A DNA stretch of 64,000 nt, from NCBI GenBank assembly GCA_030704615.1, contig CM060732.1, forward strand, positions 54,002,001-54,066,000. The letters are read 5' to 3'. The position numbers were made by a program, and so were the translations under genes. Positions within the stretch are counted from its first letter, which is position 1. Each line of letters starts with the position of its first letter. This document shows, piece by piece, positions 1-12,728 of the stretch. The notes beneath the pieces were generated by a model. The model was not told the DNA's origin, did not search any database, and saw nothing but the letters and a program-made list of their open reading frames with translations. Source of the DNA: Takakia lepidozioides. Taxonomy: Eukaryota > Plantae > Bryophyta.

Positions 1-266
1 GTGACTAGCCGCTTGTTTGGGATTACTTTGGGGAGAAAAGTTAAAACCCCGATTACACCATAAGGCACACACACCATGGCGAGTGAAAGGACAAACAAAC
101 CTCTGGGAAGGAGAGAAGAACAATATGTGTCAAAACACCCAGAAAGAACTAACCTCTCCCTCAAGGAAGAGGGAGAGCAGATGAACCCAGACATGAACTC
201 CCTGAATTGTCATAATTTTGTTTTCATATTTTGCAAAAGGTTGCAAAACATTTTCATCTTACAAAA

Positions 267-267
267 C

Positions 268-310
<43 letters not shown>

Positions 311-581
311 CAATTTTTCAAAATAACAGGAGTGGCTACTGAGTTTCGCAGGAAATAGCCATATTTTCTGTTCATCCACTAAAATTTGGACAGAATCATC
401 CTCCTCTATACTTTCATCCAAGTATATCATCCATATTAGGCGAATTCATCCAAGATTTATATGTTTTTTGGAGAAGTTTGGCGATTTCATCCATGAGAAA
501 ATAGGGAATTTACGACAGAATATTCGATTTTAAGTTTTGAGGTCGAAAAAGTGCGAAATTTCGCCAGAAATAAAAACACTG
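267..581. mobile_element. hAT-like MITE (non-autonomous DNA transposon)
   Basis: Termini CAGT(T)n...AAAAACACTG are inverted complements. Exact 8-bp direct repeat TTACAAAA at 259-266 and 582-589; an 8-bp TSD is typical of hAT. Internal CATCC motifs. Confidence 0.75.
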
Positions 582-1554
582 TTACAAAATGGTTATAAGA
601 TTCCAATTCTTACGGAGAAAAATCATGAAATTTGAGGCGGAGGTAAGGGATACAGTTAGGAACATGATTGAACAGTCAAGTTGTGTAGATCTTAGCAGTG
701 TTTTAGTAATGGATAAAAAGCAGGGGTGCAGATTTTGCAGTCAAGGGGAGAATAAAGATAGAAGGATGCCAGACCACTTCTAGACTTAAGTGCAACAACG
801 AGTTGCACATAACAATAAAAGATTTAATAGTTTATCTTAATATTTTAATCATTTGTTTAGTTATTTTTAGTATTCTTCTTTTTAGTCATAACCTAAACTT
901 ATTAGAATCATTAAAAATTATATTACTGTACGAATTAAATCAACACATATTTACTATTAGAAATAATAAAATATTGTTCAAAATTTAACTTTTATACAAC
1001 CAATCACTTGTAACTACACCATGCTCTTAAACAAGTATGTTATATATATATATATATATTCAAAGATCTATCACACAACATTCAGTCTCACTTTCATTTT
1101 CTAAACATCTAAAGATTGGACATGTAACAATCTGATTCTAAGTATTTCAATCTTTTTTTTTTCCTACTGTAATTAATTAAGAGAATCGGACTATAGGCAA
1201 CATTGTCAAAAACTGCGGAAGATGTACAGGTATGTTTGAAGAGGCTAAGCGAGATCATGAGAGACTTGAAAACTCTAAAAGAAAAGAATATTTCCTAAGT
1301 GAAATAGAAAAAATATAAACTACTATAATAAATGTATCAACTTTGGTCATTATATTTATGAATCACATATACTATTTATTGGTATTTATCGACAAAATTG
1401 GTAGGTTGTCATCATTTATTATAATGAATAATAAAATACAAAACTTTATTTTCGATAAATGTTCATACATCCATTTGTAATATCCTTTTTTGAAATAAAT
1501 CTTTACGTGTTAGTACCTATGTTAAAAATAGAAAAATAATAAGATATTATTTAT

Positions 1555-3240
1555 AATTGCCCTTAGGACTTAGGATTGCCCTAAGGAGTACTAATGGGAG
1601 GAAAAAATGAAAATATGTAAATTATTATTTATAATTGCCCTGAGGACTGCTTAGGGTGGCCCTAAGCAGTCCTAAGAGGGGGGAAATGAAAAAATATGTA
1701 TTATTATTTATAATTACCCTTAGGACTTCTTAGGACAGTCCTAAAGAGTCATAGGAAAAAAATGGAAAGACATAAATATTTGCCCTTAAGGCCCGTTTAG
1801 GCAGCCTAAGGGGTTATAAAAGGGGGAGTATGGAAACATATAAATTATTATCTATAATTGCCCTTAGGACTCCTTAGGGCGGCCCTAAGGAGTCCTAAAA
1901 GGGGGAAAATAGAAATATATAAATTATAGGAACATAAACATATATACATTATTATTTATAAATACCCTTAGGACTTCTTAGGATAGTCCTTAGGAGTCCT
2001 AAGAGGAGACAAATGGAAAGACATAAATAATTGCCCTTAAGAGCCATTTAGGTAACCTAAGGAGTTATAAGAGGGGGAAAATAGAACATATAATTATTAT
2101 CTATAATTGCCCTTAGGACTCCTAGGACTGCCCTAAGGAGTCCTAAAAGGGGAAAATGGAAATATATAAATTATTATTTTAATTGCCCTTAGGACTCCTT
2201 AGGGCGGTCCTAAGGAGTCCTAAAAGAGGGAAAAATGAAAACATATAAATTATTATTTATAATTATGCTTAGGGCTTCTTAGGACAGTCTAAGGAGTCCT
2301 AAGAGAAGAAAATGGAAAGACATAAATATTGCCCTTAAGACCCGTTTAGGCAGCCTAAAGGGTTATAAGAGGGGAAAAATAAAAATTATTATTTATAATT
2401 GCCCTCAGTACTCCTCAGGAAAGCCCTAAGGAGACCGAAGAGAGGGGAAAATAAAAACATATAAATTATTATTTATAGTTAGCCTTAGGGCTTCATAGGA
2501 CAGTCCTAAAGAGTCCTAAGATGAGAAAAATGGAAAGACCTAAATAATTGCCCTTAAGACCCGTTTAGGCAACCTAAGAGGTTATAAGGGGGGGAAAATA
2601 AGAACATATAAATTATTATCTATAATTGCCCTTAGGACTCCTTAGGGCCACCCTAAGGACCCTAAGGAGTCCTAAGAAGGGGGAAATTAAAAGATATAAA
2701 TTATTATTTATAATTGCCCTTAGGACTCCTGAGGACGGTCCTAAGAGAGGGAAAATAAAAATATATAAATTCATTTATAATTGCCCTTAGGACTCCTTTG
2801 GGCCGCCCTAAAGAGTCCTAAGAAGGGGGGAAATAAAAACATATTTAATTACCCTTATGACTTCTTAAGACAGTCCTAAGAGGAGAAAAATGGAAAGACA
2901 TAAATAATCGTCCTTGAAACCCGTTTCAGAAGTCTAAGGGGTTATAAGAGGGAGAAAATATAAACATATAAATTATTATCTATAATTGCCCTTATGACTC
3001 CTTAGGGCCGTCTTAAGGAGTCCTAAGAAGGGGAAAATTGAAAGATGTAAATTATTATTTTTAATTACCCTTAGGACTCCTTAGGGCGCCCTAAAGAGTC
3101 CACAGAGTGGAAAAATAGAATGATATAAATTAGAATAGCCTCCTAAGAGGGGGAAAATGAAAAGATATATTCTGTTATTTATAATTGCCATTAGGACTCC
3201 TTAGGGCGGCCCTAAGGAGTCCAAAAGGGGGGGGGGGGGA
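1555..3240. repeat. Tandem array of ~70-85 bp palindromic units (about 22 units, three subtypes)
   Basis: Recurring ATAATTGCCCTTAGGACTCCTTAGGGCGGCCCTAAGGAGTCCTAAGAGGGG plus an AT spacer. The unit at 1864-1898 is a perfect 17-bp inverted repeat around one base. Confidence 0.95.
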
Positions 3241-3640
3241 AATAAAAAAACTATACTAAATATATCAATCATGTACTATTTATTTGTAGGTGACACCATT
3301 TATTACAATTAAAACAAAATTTTGTCTTCGATAAACGTTCATACAACTATTTGTAATGCACCGACATCCATTTTTAAATAAACTTTCATGAGTTAGTACC
3401 TATTCAAAAAGTGTGTGGGAAAAGGTTAATAAATATCAACTTTTCATTATCTTTTCATCCAATTATTTTATTTTTCATTCATTCTTTTTAGATTGTATCT
3501 CATTTTTTCCCCTATAAGTATAGAAAACGAGGATCATTTTCTTCTCTTTCTTCTGCAAGTAGTTTGTAGACAATAAAACTGTCTCTCAGCTTTCTATCGC
3601 TACAGTTTTTTGGATATCCTCGATAGTACTTGAGAGAGTC

Positions 3641-5100
3641 TCATGCCTAGAACACTCTGCGCGGAAACAAAAAGAAATTTTTGTCTTGATGACAAATTTC
3701 TCTGGAGTCTTCACTTCCATTGCAATCAGGCAAATCAAGCTAATAATCAATCTCACGCCTGTAGACCCTAGTCTCAAAAAACTTTGGATTGAGACGGGGT
3801 TGGGAATACAGTCAGATTGGTCGCGGGAGGGAGGTCGTCCAGGGAAATCCGCATCACAAGGGGTGTGGCGCAGGGAAACGCAATCAGCCCACTAACCTTT
3901 GCTTTGGTCAAGGACATGGTCTCCAAGTGGATCGAACTCGAATGCATAGGTTACCGGGTCGGGAGAGGACCGCGTAGCTTGAAATTCCCGTCCAAGCACC
4001 CAACTCTGTCTGGGTTGACTCCCAGCTGCATGGTGGATTTCACCATGAGATTCTCGGCTAGCTCGTAGTGGGCTGCATTTGCAATGAGTTTGGAGAGAAT
4101 CTTGAAGATCACCGGGAGCATTGTGATGGGACGCCAATTCCCTGGGTCTGAAGCGTCTTTACCCGGTTTAGGAATAAAAGTGATCAGACCAATTTTTCAA
4201 CCAGAGCCTCCACCGAAATGGATGGTTTGTCAGTGTCTTGTGGCTCAATGGTCCATTTATGTTATTTGTGGACTGATTCCAAGAAGCGAGTATTGTGCAT
4301 ACGCTCGTTTTCAAGTTCGATCCGTCCCTGAGGTGTGCGCCTGGGCGGGGCGCGGCCTATCCCTCTCATCGACATACGGGGCCAATACTTCACCTCACCA
4401 AATACATTGTTGGCCTCGCTATTAAGGCCAAATCTCAAGAGAAAATCCAAATTTTCCATCTTATCAAACGTGCTAGTCTCTTCTCACCAGGATGTCCGCC
4501 ATTTTTTCTATGCGTTTGAGAAGTGAGATGCTCCTAGAGCTGAAAGTTTTTTCTTGCAGATTGCTCGGGGCTCTTTGTAATGGAACTGGTTTGAAAATTC
4601 AACTCCTCAATGGCTAAATTTCCGGACATAACCCTGCTCCAGACAGCAATAGTTTGAAAGAAAACTGAAGGGGGCGGTTGGACAGTGCTCGGATCTGAGG
4701 CGTACCTGACAACTCTGCCTCCTTTTCTAGCAGAAAGAGTGCCATCCCATCTTGGCTTACCCCTTGTGGCACTCCTCCCCCTTGAAGCGCCTCTTCCCCG
4801 TGTTTCCATTCTGCAAGGTCTCTGGCTGAATTGGAAATGAAGACGGGAAAATCTTGCCATGGACATTTTGGAACTCGAACATTTTGAAGAACCACTTCAC
4901 TAGGGGCTGTCGAGCACATGCTTTCAAGATTTTATAAGTCATTTGGTCATATCCCGGTCCCCGATTCCCATCTCCTTGTGAAATGACTTTTGAGAGCTCT
5001 TTGGCATGTGTCTCATAATCTTTCCTATCGGAATCTTTCCCATCCACAAATGACATGGGGACTGCTTGGTTCAGGGTCGGTTCCGGGTTCCACATCTTCC
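3641..5100 (-). mobile_element. Degenerate, rearranged non-LTR retrotransposon reverse transcriptase (R2/NeSL-like motifs)
   Basis: Minus strand: GPGYDQMTYKILK (RT0, ~4960) and KIGLITFIPKPGKDASDPGNWRPITMLPVIFKILSKLIA...QLG...GCLDGNF (RT1-2, ~4200-3972). Plus strand: TNFSGVFTSI (RT3-like) and RGVAQGNAISPLTF (RT4), 3641-3971. Stops and frameshifts present; no YADD motif seen. Confidence 0.85.
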
Positions 5101-5184
5101 TCAGGAAATCGTTACCTTTAGGGAATTCTGAGACATCCCCCTCCTCCAGGATCTCTCCCTGGAAGCTCGGTTCTCACTTTTACC

Positions 5185-6280
5185 TTCGTGTTTGTGTTTC
5201 TTCTTTGTTTCTGTTGCTTGTTTATGTTTCTCCGTCCTTTCGGTTCTTTGACAATGTTTTTTAGTTCTTTTTATTAGTTTTATTTGTCTTTGTTCTTCAC
5301 TTTTGGTTCTCTGTTTATGTTTCTTTCTAATCTCTATTTTTTGTCTTTCTGAGTGAGTTTTTTGATAGAATAGAACTTTCTCTTCTTTTTTCTCTTTCAT
5401 TCTGTTGTCTTTTTTTTCTTTGAAAACTCTATAAGTATCCAGAACGAGGATCATTTCCTTCACTTTCTTTTGCAAGCAAGCTTTTTGTATATAATAGAAT
5501 AGTCTCTGAATTCTGCTCCTTTGCCATCGTTTGTGTTTCTTCTTTGCTTCTGTTGTTTGTTATGTTTCTTTGTTCTTTCGGTTCTGTGGCAAATAGAATT
5601 GTCTCTTAGTTCTTCTTAGTAGCCTTCATTTGTTTTTTTCTTTCACTTTCTATTCTTTGTTTATGTTTCTTCCTGATCTCTGTTCTTTGTATTTCTGTGT
5701 GAGTTGTTCAGCGGAATATAACTGTTTATTCGTTCTTTCTGTTTCGTTTTGTTTTCTTTCTTCCTTGTTTGTGTTTCTTTCTTTGCTTTTGTTGTTTGTT
5801 TATGTTGCTTTGTTTTTTTGGTTCTGTGGCTAAATGAACTGTCTCCTAGTTCTAGTTTTGAGTAGATTTCATTTGTTTTTTTCCTTCGCTTTCTGTTCTA
5901 TGTTTATGTTTCTTTCCGATCTCTATTCTTTGTATTTCTATGTGAATTGTATAGCAAAATAGAACTTTCCATTCTTTTTCTCTCTTCGTTCTTTCTCATT
6001 CGTTTTGTTTCTTTCCTCTTCGTTTGTCTTTCTTCTTTGGTTCTGTTGTTTGTTTATGTTTCTTTGTTCTTTTGGTTCTGTGGCAAAATAGAAATGTCTC
6101 CTAGTTCTTACGAGTAGCATTCATTTGTTTTTTTCTTTCACTTTGTGTCTTTGTTTATGTTTTCTTTTTTAACTCCGTTCTTTGTATTTCTGTGTGAGTT
6201 GCTCAGCGAAATAGAACTTTCCCTTCTTTCATTCTCTTTATTTTTTCTCTTCGTTCTTCCTCTTTCGTTTCGTTTCGTTT
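5185..6280. repeat. Pyrimidine-rich degenerate tandem repeat (~240-340 bp period, ~4 copies)
   Basis: GTTTGTGTTTCTT...GTTTATGTTTCTTTGTTCTTT(C/T)GGTTCTGTGGC recurs near 5188, 5529, 5767 and 6021. A related segment lies at 3514-3595, on the other side of the RT fragment. Confidence 0.8.
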
Positions 6281-7459
6281 TTAAAAAAAAAAAATTCTCC
6301 CTCTAACATATTTGACACACTACCAAAAACACTATCTTATATTTCCAAAAAATCATCAAAATTCATTACACTCTGATTATGCCACTTAAATGTAACATCA
6401 TAATCTATAGTGTATACGATATTCAAGCATGATATCAATATAGTATGTACAACTTAGATATTATAAATATAGTCAGAATTATATATATAGTATAGATAAG
6501 TATACGAAAAACGAATATTTATATTATATTAAATATATAAATATAAATTTAAATGTATTTTAAAATCTAGCTATAATCTAACGACGTCGCTACATAAATC
6601 AACTATCATTCTATCCATCAACCAGTCAATTATCATTCCATCTATTATCATAAATCAATCATTATCAGTTATAATCATGTGTTATTTTTACTTACTACAT
6701 AATTATTTATTCATATCACTTTATATCTTATCATTACATTTTCATATTTCAAATTTAAAATCTTAAATATTTTTATTATTTATATAAATGAACATACTAA
6801 AATATTTATTTAAAAGACTCAATATTATAATAAATTTATTTATTTAGACATAATGATGTATATTATGTATTATAAAAATAAAAATATTATCAATTTATAT
6901 CATGCTTTTAATGTCAGATTCATCATTCTAATTTAAATCTAATAAATCAAGGTATCTATCATATTACATCTCAAAAACTTCAAATATACTGTTTATATTA
7001 ATTAATTAAATTTATATTTAATATTAACGAATAATATTTAAATATTATATATAATAATATAAATATGTTTTAAACATTTTAAATATAAATAAATATATAA
7101 TGTAGAATATTATATTATATCATGTTTTCAACCTCAGACTTCATCATTTCAATAAATTCAAAATCCATTCAATCAAATTATTTATCATATTATATTTGAA
7201 AATCTCCAATTTTTTTAACCTTTATGGTTAATCTTTAAGGCCTTTGGGCCATAATTTTGTATGCTATAATGGATAGTTATAAGGGTTCGAATCCCTATAC
7301 AAAAATAATTTTTGAAAACCAGGGCTGAAAGCAGTCCAATCTGATATAGGAGTTCATATTCGTATATTGTATAATGTGTGTATATCCATATTTATACATC
7401 AAATATGACATGTATAATATTGATCGTAATCAGATATACCAATTCAATCAGCAATAAAA

Positions 7460-8290
7460 AATCGTTAGAGTGATTCTAAGAAACTCTTAGAGTGAATGTG
7501 TTGTTTTTTTAATCACTCTAAAAAATCCTTAGAGCGGCTCAGAGCGGCTCTAAGGGATCCTTAGAGAGATTGCAAAAAGCAATATAGTTTATTCTGTTTT
7601 CTTGCTCTAAGTAATGCTTGGATCAAATGTGAATAGCCATTTAGTTTTTTTTTGTTTTCCCGCTCTAATAAATCCTTAGAGCGGCTCTGAAGGATCCTTA
7701 GAGCAAATACATATAGCAATTTAGCTTTTTTATGTTTCCCTGCTGTAGAAAATTCTAGAGCAGCTCTAAGGGATCCTTAAAGCGAATGTAAATAGCAATT
7801 TATATATATATTTTTAAATTTTCTTACTCTAAGTAATACTTAGATCGAATGTAAATAGCAAATTAGTTGTTTCTGTTTTTCCACTCTAAAAAACCCCTAG
7901 AGCGGCTCTAAAGGATTCTTAGAGCGAATATAAATAGCAATTTAGCTATTTCTGTTTTCCCGCTGTATGAAATCCTTAGAGCGGCTCTAAGGGATCCTTA
8001 GAAGGAACGTAAATAGCAATTTAGCTTGTTCTATTTTCCCAATCTAACAAATCTTTACATTGGCTCTAAGGATATTAAGCGATTGTTAGAATAAAAGTAA
8101 AAAAATATGTTAAGGTTTATCTTCTTCGTCATGGTTGACCGATTTGTTTTCCCGCTCTATGAAATCCTTAGAGCGGCTTAGAACGTTATAAGGGATCCTT
8201 ACAACGAACGTAAATAGCAATTTAGTTTTTTTAATTTTTCCAATTTAAGAGATCCTTACATTGGCTCTAAGGGATCATTGGAATAAATGT
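7460..8290. repeat. Tandem array of ~60-80 bp palindromic units; inverted relative of the 1555-3240 array
   Basis: Recurring ATCCTTAGAGCGGCTCTAAGGGATCCTTAGAGCGAAT(G/A)TAAATAGCAATTTAG...TTTTCCC. Its reverse complement aligns with the first array's unit. Confidence 0.9.
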
Positions 8291-9100
8291 AAAAAATATG
8301 TTAGGGTTTTTCTTCTTGGTCATGGTTGCTATCCTTTGAGATTTAACTCTTCTTCCCCTGCAATAATTCAACTATTAACAATATAGCTATTTGGCTAAAA
8401 ATAATTAGATGTTTTGGCTAAAATATATTAGGGTTTAGCCAGAACTTGTCGACGTGAACAAAAACTTGGCACTAGCTGGCATCCTAAAAAGCTCTAACTT
8501 AGGCCTTTAGGGGTTAACCCTTAGTAAGTTAAGCTCCCAGTGGTCGCCACAAACAAATGAGCTACAGTTTGGAGGGGAGAACACTCACCATGATCTATGG
8601 CTCTGTCTTGAGCTAACAAAATTGTCATCAGGAGCTCTGAGACTAGAGCTGTTGCTGCGTGTTCAGCCGCTACTATTCATGACAACTTGCAAGATGGTGC
8701 CGACAAAACATTCTTCTCTCACCTTCTATACCCTGTGAATGGGATTCATTCACAAGTGCGAATACGCTCACCAGCAAAGAGTTTCGGTTAAATGGATCCT
8801 ACAATACAACAGGTGCATGAAGTTTTTGATTGCATTCGATCCGAGGAATACAGGACGGTCCAAGTTTTGCCGGATCATCCTAGGTCAAGTACACATTCCA
8901 GGCCTGATCTCTGTACATAGGTGAATGTCATGGCAGATTAGAATGCAGATGATCAACACCTTCTTTATAGAGGACTTGAAAGTCTAGACCTTGATCATGG
9001 GTTTTACTTTTTGAGATGAATGGATATGAGATATGGGCAGCCGCTGGGGAGATGTTTGCTCTCTCAACCATTTTCTTTTTGGCCACCGTAGCCACCGCCC

Positions 9101-12100
9101 ATGCACCATCTCCATCTCTGCAGCTTGCCCTGCTGTCCTGAATCAAGAAAAACACGAAGAAAACGGGACCTTCATACACCGCACTCCCCTTTGCATTTGT
9201 CAAACCGCATTGCGTTCAGGGTTGGTCCAGAAAGTGTCAAGCCGGAGGAGGACGTTGACGGACAGGGGGATGAGCAAGGCGGCTACCTGCAGATGGAGGG
9301 AAATGAATGGCCACGGCCACCAGTGGTCACATTCAGCAAGGAAATTGCTAACACAGTCCACTTCATTGGCCGGGTGGGCCGTGACATGGAGATCCAGTAC
9401 CTGGATAATGGAAAGGTGTTGGCGAAATGCAGCCTTGCTGTGCCAAAGCCTGTTTCTAAGACAGATGCCCGGAGCTGGTAAGTGATTTCGTTCTACCGAA
9501 GAGGGATAAATAGACATGGAGGCATGGGCTACAGGCGTCCAGTTTCCTGCAGTGAATGGGGGAGAAGGTACTTGGATGATTGTCTGGGGGCAGATCGACG
9601 AGGTTGATTCTAAGTAGCGTCAGCCATAGGGATTGTCATGAATCGTCTAACTTCAATTGTGTGCGTAGTGCTGTTCTAGTTTTGGAGGCACAGGTGGCAG
9701 GAATTTTCGCTTTCATTTTAATACTGTGAACTCCCATTGTCTCCTTGTCAGAACAGTAGACATTACCGTTACTTCGCTAGGTACAGACTGACATTCTGAG
9801 GTTGGGATGGCAGGTTGGAGTTGGAGATCTGGGATACTCTGGCAGAGAGTGCAGGGCATTATGTGAGAAAAGGGGATCGGATTTATGTTACAGGCCGTCT
9901 GGTTGTGGACGTGTATGGCATAAAGGGTAATCCTCTAAAAAGTGCCAAGGTCAGTGTTGCTTTGGCTGTCCCACTTCTATCTGAATTGAGTGGTTGTACA
10001 GGGTGGGGCCTCATATGGAATTTAGCATTGAGTTCCTTCATTCTAGACTTTCTAGGCAGCCTCTGTGCAGATTCGTCTTTCTGACATAGGCCTTTTACTT
10101 TTTGCCTCTCTCTCCCCCTCACGGTCTATGGCCGCAAGGCTACGCCAAACAACCTCTTGTGACTACATTCTCTCTCTGTGTTCCACTACAAGGATCAGAA
10201 TTGCTTGATAGCACATCTACATGAAGCGTTAGGTCTTAGATCCCTCCCTTAATAGTTGTTTTTGGGCTGCTTGTTGATTGTATCCTGCTTTCTTTTGTCT
10301 CATGAACTTTTTGAGCTTTCCACAGACGCTGTAATTTCTCTTAATTTCTCTCTTTCTCTCCCTCTCTCTCTCTCTCTCTCTCCCTCAATTGGTTGATAAC
10401 TTCAACCAGGCTAAGTCTCTAGATTCCATTCAAGTGGGGGTGCTCAAGGAGTGCATGTCAGCATGCTCTAAAACAGCTAATGTGGCTGTTTGGAGTGAGT
10501 TTGACATTCCTCGCTTAAGCTCCTGACGAGATGAATTCAAGGTCAGATGGTGGGGTCAGCTGCAACGTATGACTAAAGATAATCGACTCTATATCTTGGA
10601 AGCAGGATCGCCCTATTAAACAGGCTAAGTCCTGGCGGAAGAGGGTAAAAGAGATTTTCTAGGGTCTGAATCTAAGTCTACAATTCTTGAGCCTGCTGGA
10701 TAAATCTGACTTAAGAGGCTGTAGTGTCCAACGCCATGTCTGTTGCCAGGAAATTGTCTGATGAAAATGAAGTTAGGCAGAGAACTTCCCTGAACTTGTT
10801 TCCAGTCTGTGACATGGGTGAGGCCATCATGGATGACCTCAAGGGTTTACCCACTCTCGGCACTAGACTGAAATTAAAGTTAGGGCGGGAAGCCTACCTT
10901 TGAACAGCAAACAAGGCAGAGAGGAAAGGGGGACTGCAAATGCCCGTTGTGTGGGCAACCTGAAGACAATATCCACTTTCTGATGCATTGTCCTGGGTAC
11001 TCTCACCAGAGAGACACCCTCTTCAAATCCATCAAGGGAAGTGTTCCTGTACCTCTGTTTACCAACTTGAAAATCTCGAGGCTGAGTCAAAAGCCCAGGC
11101 CTTTTTGGGGTCTAGTTATTGGGCAAATCACACACAACAGATTGATGTTTGTGTGAAGGGATTTCTAGAGGATATCTGGAAAACTCGGATCAATTGTCTG
11201 TTTCAAGATAAGTCATACTACCTGCGTCAGCCCCTGACAAAGGTAGTTTCTGTCCCTTTGTGTTCCGCTCAAACTGGGTGCGTGGTCAATGGCCACAAGG
11301 CTACGGCAAACAACGTCTTATAAGTACATTCTCTCTCTCTCTATGCAAAGCATCCTTTTGCTCCACCCAGACTAGGCATGGGCTGTATGGCCACAAGGCT
11401 ACGGCAAACAAAGTCCTACGAGTACATTCTATGCAAATGGTCCTCATTATGCTGATTTATAGACATGTCCTGTTGGACAGAACTTTTGAGTTCTCGTGTG
11501 GAATTGTGTTGATTGTTATACAGTGTAGTGAATCCCATCCCTATGTCGTTGCTCTTGCAGTATCACCAGTTGTGTAGTGAATCTTCAAGGGTAGTTGTTC
11601 GTTGGCTAATCACATTTCATGTTGGGTTGATTATGGGATGGTTTCTAGGCGGTGTAGATATTGGGCGGGTACACAAGTGGGGAGGGCCTGACAAGTGATC
11701 TAGTGTCATGTGCGAGACAGGTGGTTGTGAGCAAATTGAGCTTTGTGGAATCGGAGAATTCAGGTTGCCTTCTCTACCTTTCTGCTTCCTCGAGACTGGG
11801 ACAAGGGTGCAGCAAGCAGTGTGATCTGCATAGGAGAAATAGAGGGAGAAGTGGAGCAGAGTTTGCCACACTCCCACTGGAGTCTGAAGTCTTATTCGGA
11901 GTTATGTTTCTCCTAGACTCAAAGAGCCACTGACCATGAGCAACCAATGACAGCAATTCTGTTCCGTAAAGACAGTAGGGAACCAAGACTAGCAGACTCA
12001 GCGGTTTTTAATGTGTCGTTGCGGGCTTCTTAAGCTGGCTTATCTGGTTGATCTGACCATTCTTGTGATGTCATGCTAATGGTGTCTGCAGGCGTATATC

Positions 12101-12728
12101 CAAAAAGTCAAAATGCAGATATGGAGAGCCTTTGGATAAAGTATTTTTCAAACCCAAGTGAATGGTGGGACAATCGAGGCAAAAAGGTGAGTGCATGTTA
12201 CGTAAAAGCAGAAGCAAAAAACAAGGTAGATTGAATTTTTCTTCTCTCAGATTGGTGATAGCGTCTGCTTTCTCTCTCTCTGCCTCCCTTGGTCTGACTC
12301 CCAAATTACATCTGCATGAGGCATTGACTCTTAGGCAATCCCTTGAACAATAGTTCATTTTTGGGTTCCTTGTGGGGGCCCCACTCTCTTTCTTGTTCCA
12401 TGCTTTCTCTTGTCCGCTAACCTCTTTGAACTATCTGTGGAGGTTATAAACATTTCATATCATTTCTCTCTTTTGTGTCTTGGTAGCCCTTTAGCATATG
12501 GACTAGGGTCTGGTGTTCTGTAGAAGGGGATTTATGCTTTTTAGGGGGAGGCAGAGATAGCTGACAGAAGAAATGGGTTGTGGGTGCAGATCAATCCCAG
12601 AGGACCAGATTTCAAGCACAAAAGTACCAACGAGCCACTGTGGATTGATAGCTGCGAGAAACCTGCGTGGGTAGATGGTCAATTGGAGAAGCTGGACATA
12701 GCCAGATCAACATCTGCAGCAAGCCCAG
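9101..12728 (+). CDS. Organellar single-stranded DNA-binding protein module (OSB/PTAC9 family: SSB OB-fold + one PDF motif). Exons 9101-9477, 9814-9949, 11721-11763, 12092-12186, 12590-12728
   Basis: SSB-like segments WPRPPVVTFSKEIANTVHFIGRVG, W-LELEIWDTLAESAGHYVRKGDRIYVTGRL and VVVSKLSFV. PDF motif LWIKYFSNPSEWWDNRGKK-INPRGPDFKHKSTNEPLWID...PAWV. All introns are GT-AG with matching phases (2,0,1,0). The 3' end either reads through to TGA 12875-12877 or splices to 12971. Confidence 0.9.
10400..11342 (+). mobile_element. 5'-truncated LINE 3' end in OSB intron 2
   Basis: Degenerate ORF2 C-terminus (TANVAVWSEFDI...RWWGQLQRM...; CPLCGQPEDNIHFLMHCPGY zinc knuckle). It ends in GGCCACAAGGCTACGGCAAACAACGTCTTATAAGTACATT(CT)n. 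Confidence 0.75.
12305..12470 (+). mobile_element. Short 3' fragment of a second LINE family (relatives at ~10210-10340 and ~45640-45920)
   Basis: Encodes LHEALTLRQSLEQ*, identical to the end of the longer fragment at 45549-45818, followed by a similar 3' UTR. Confidence 0.65.

Noticed and set aside
1555-3240. CRISPR array (palindromic repeats at regular spacing)
   Set aside because: The intervening sequences are themselves repeated AT-rich copies, not unique spacers. There are no cas genes, and the context is eukaryotic.
5101-6120. Lys/Glu-rich and Phe-rich ORFs
   Set aside because: Translation artefacts of the pyrimidine-rich repeat.
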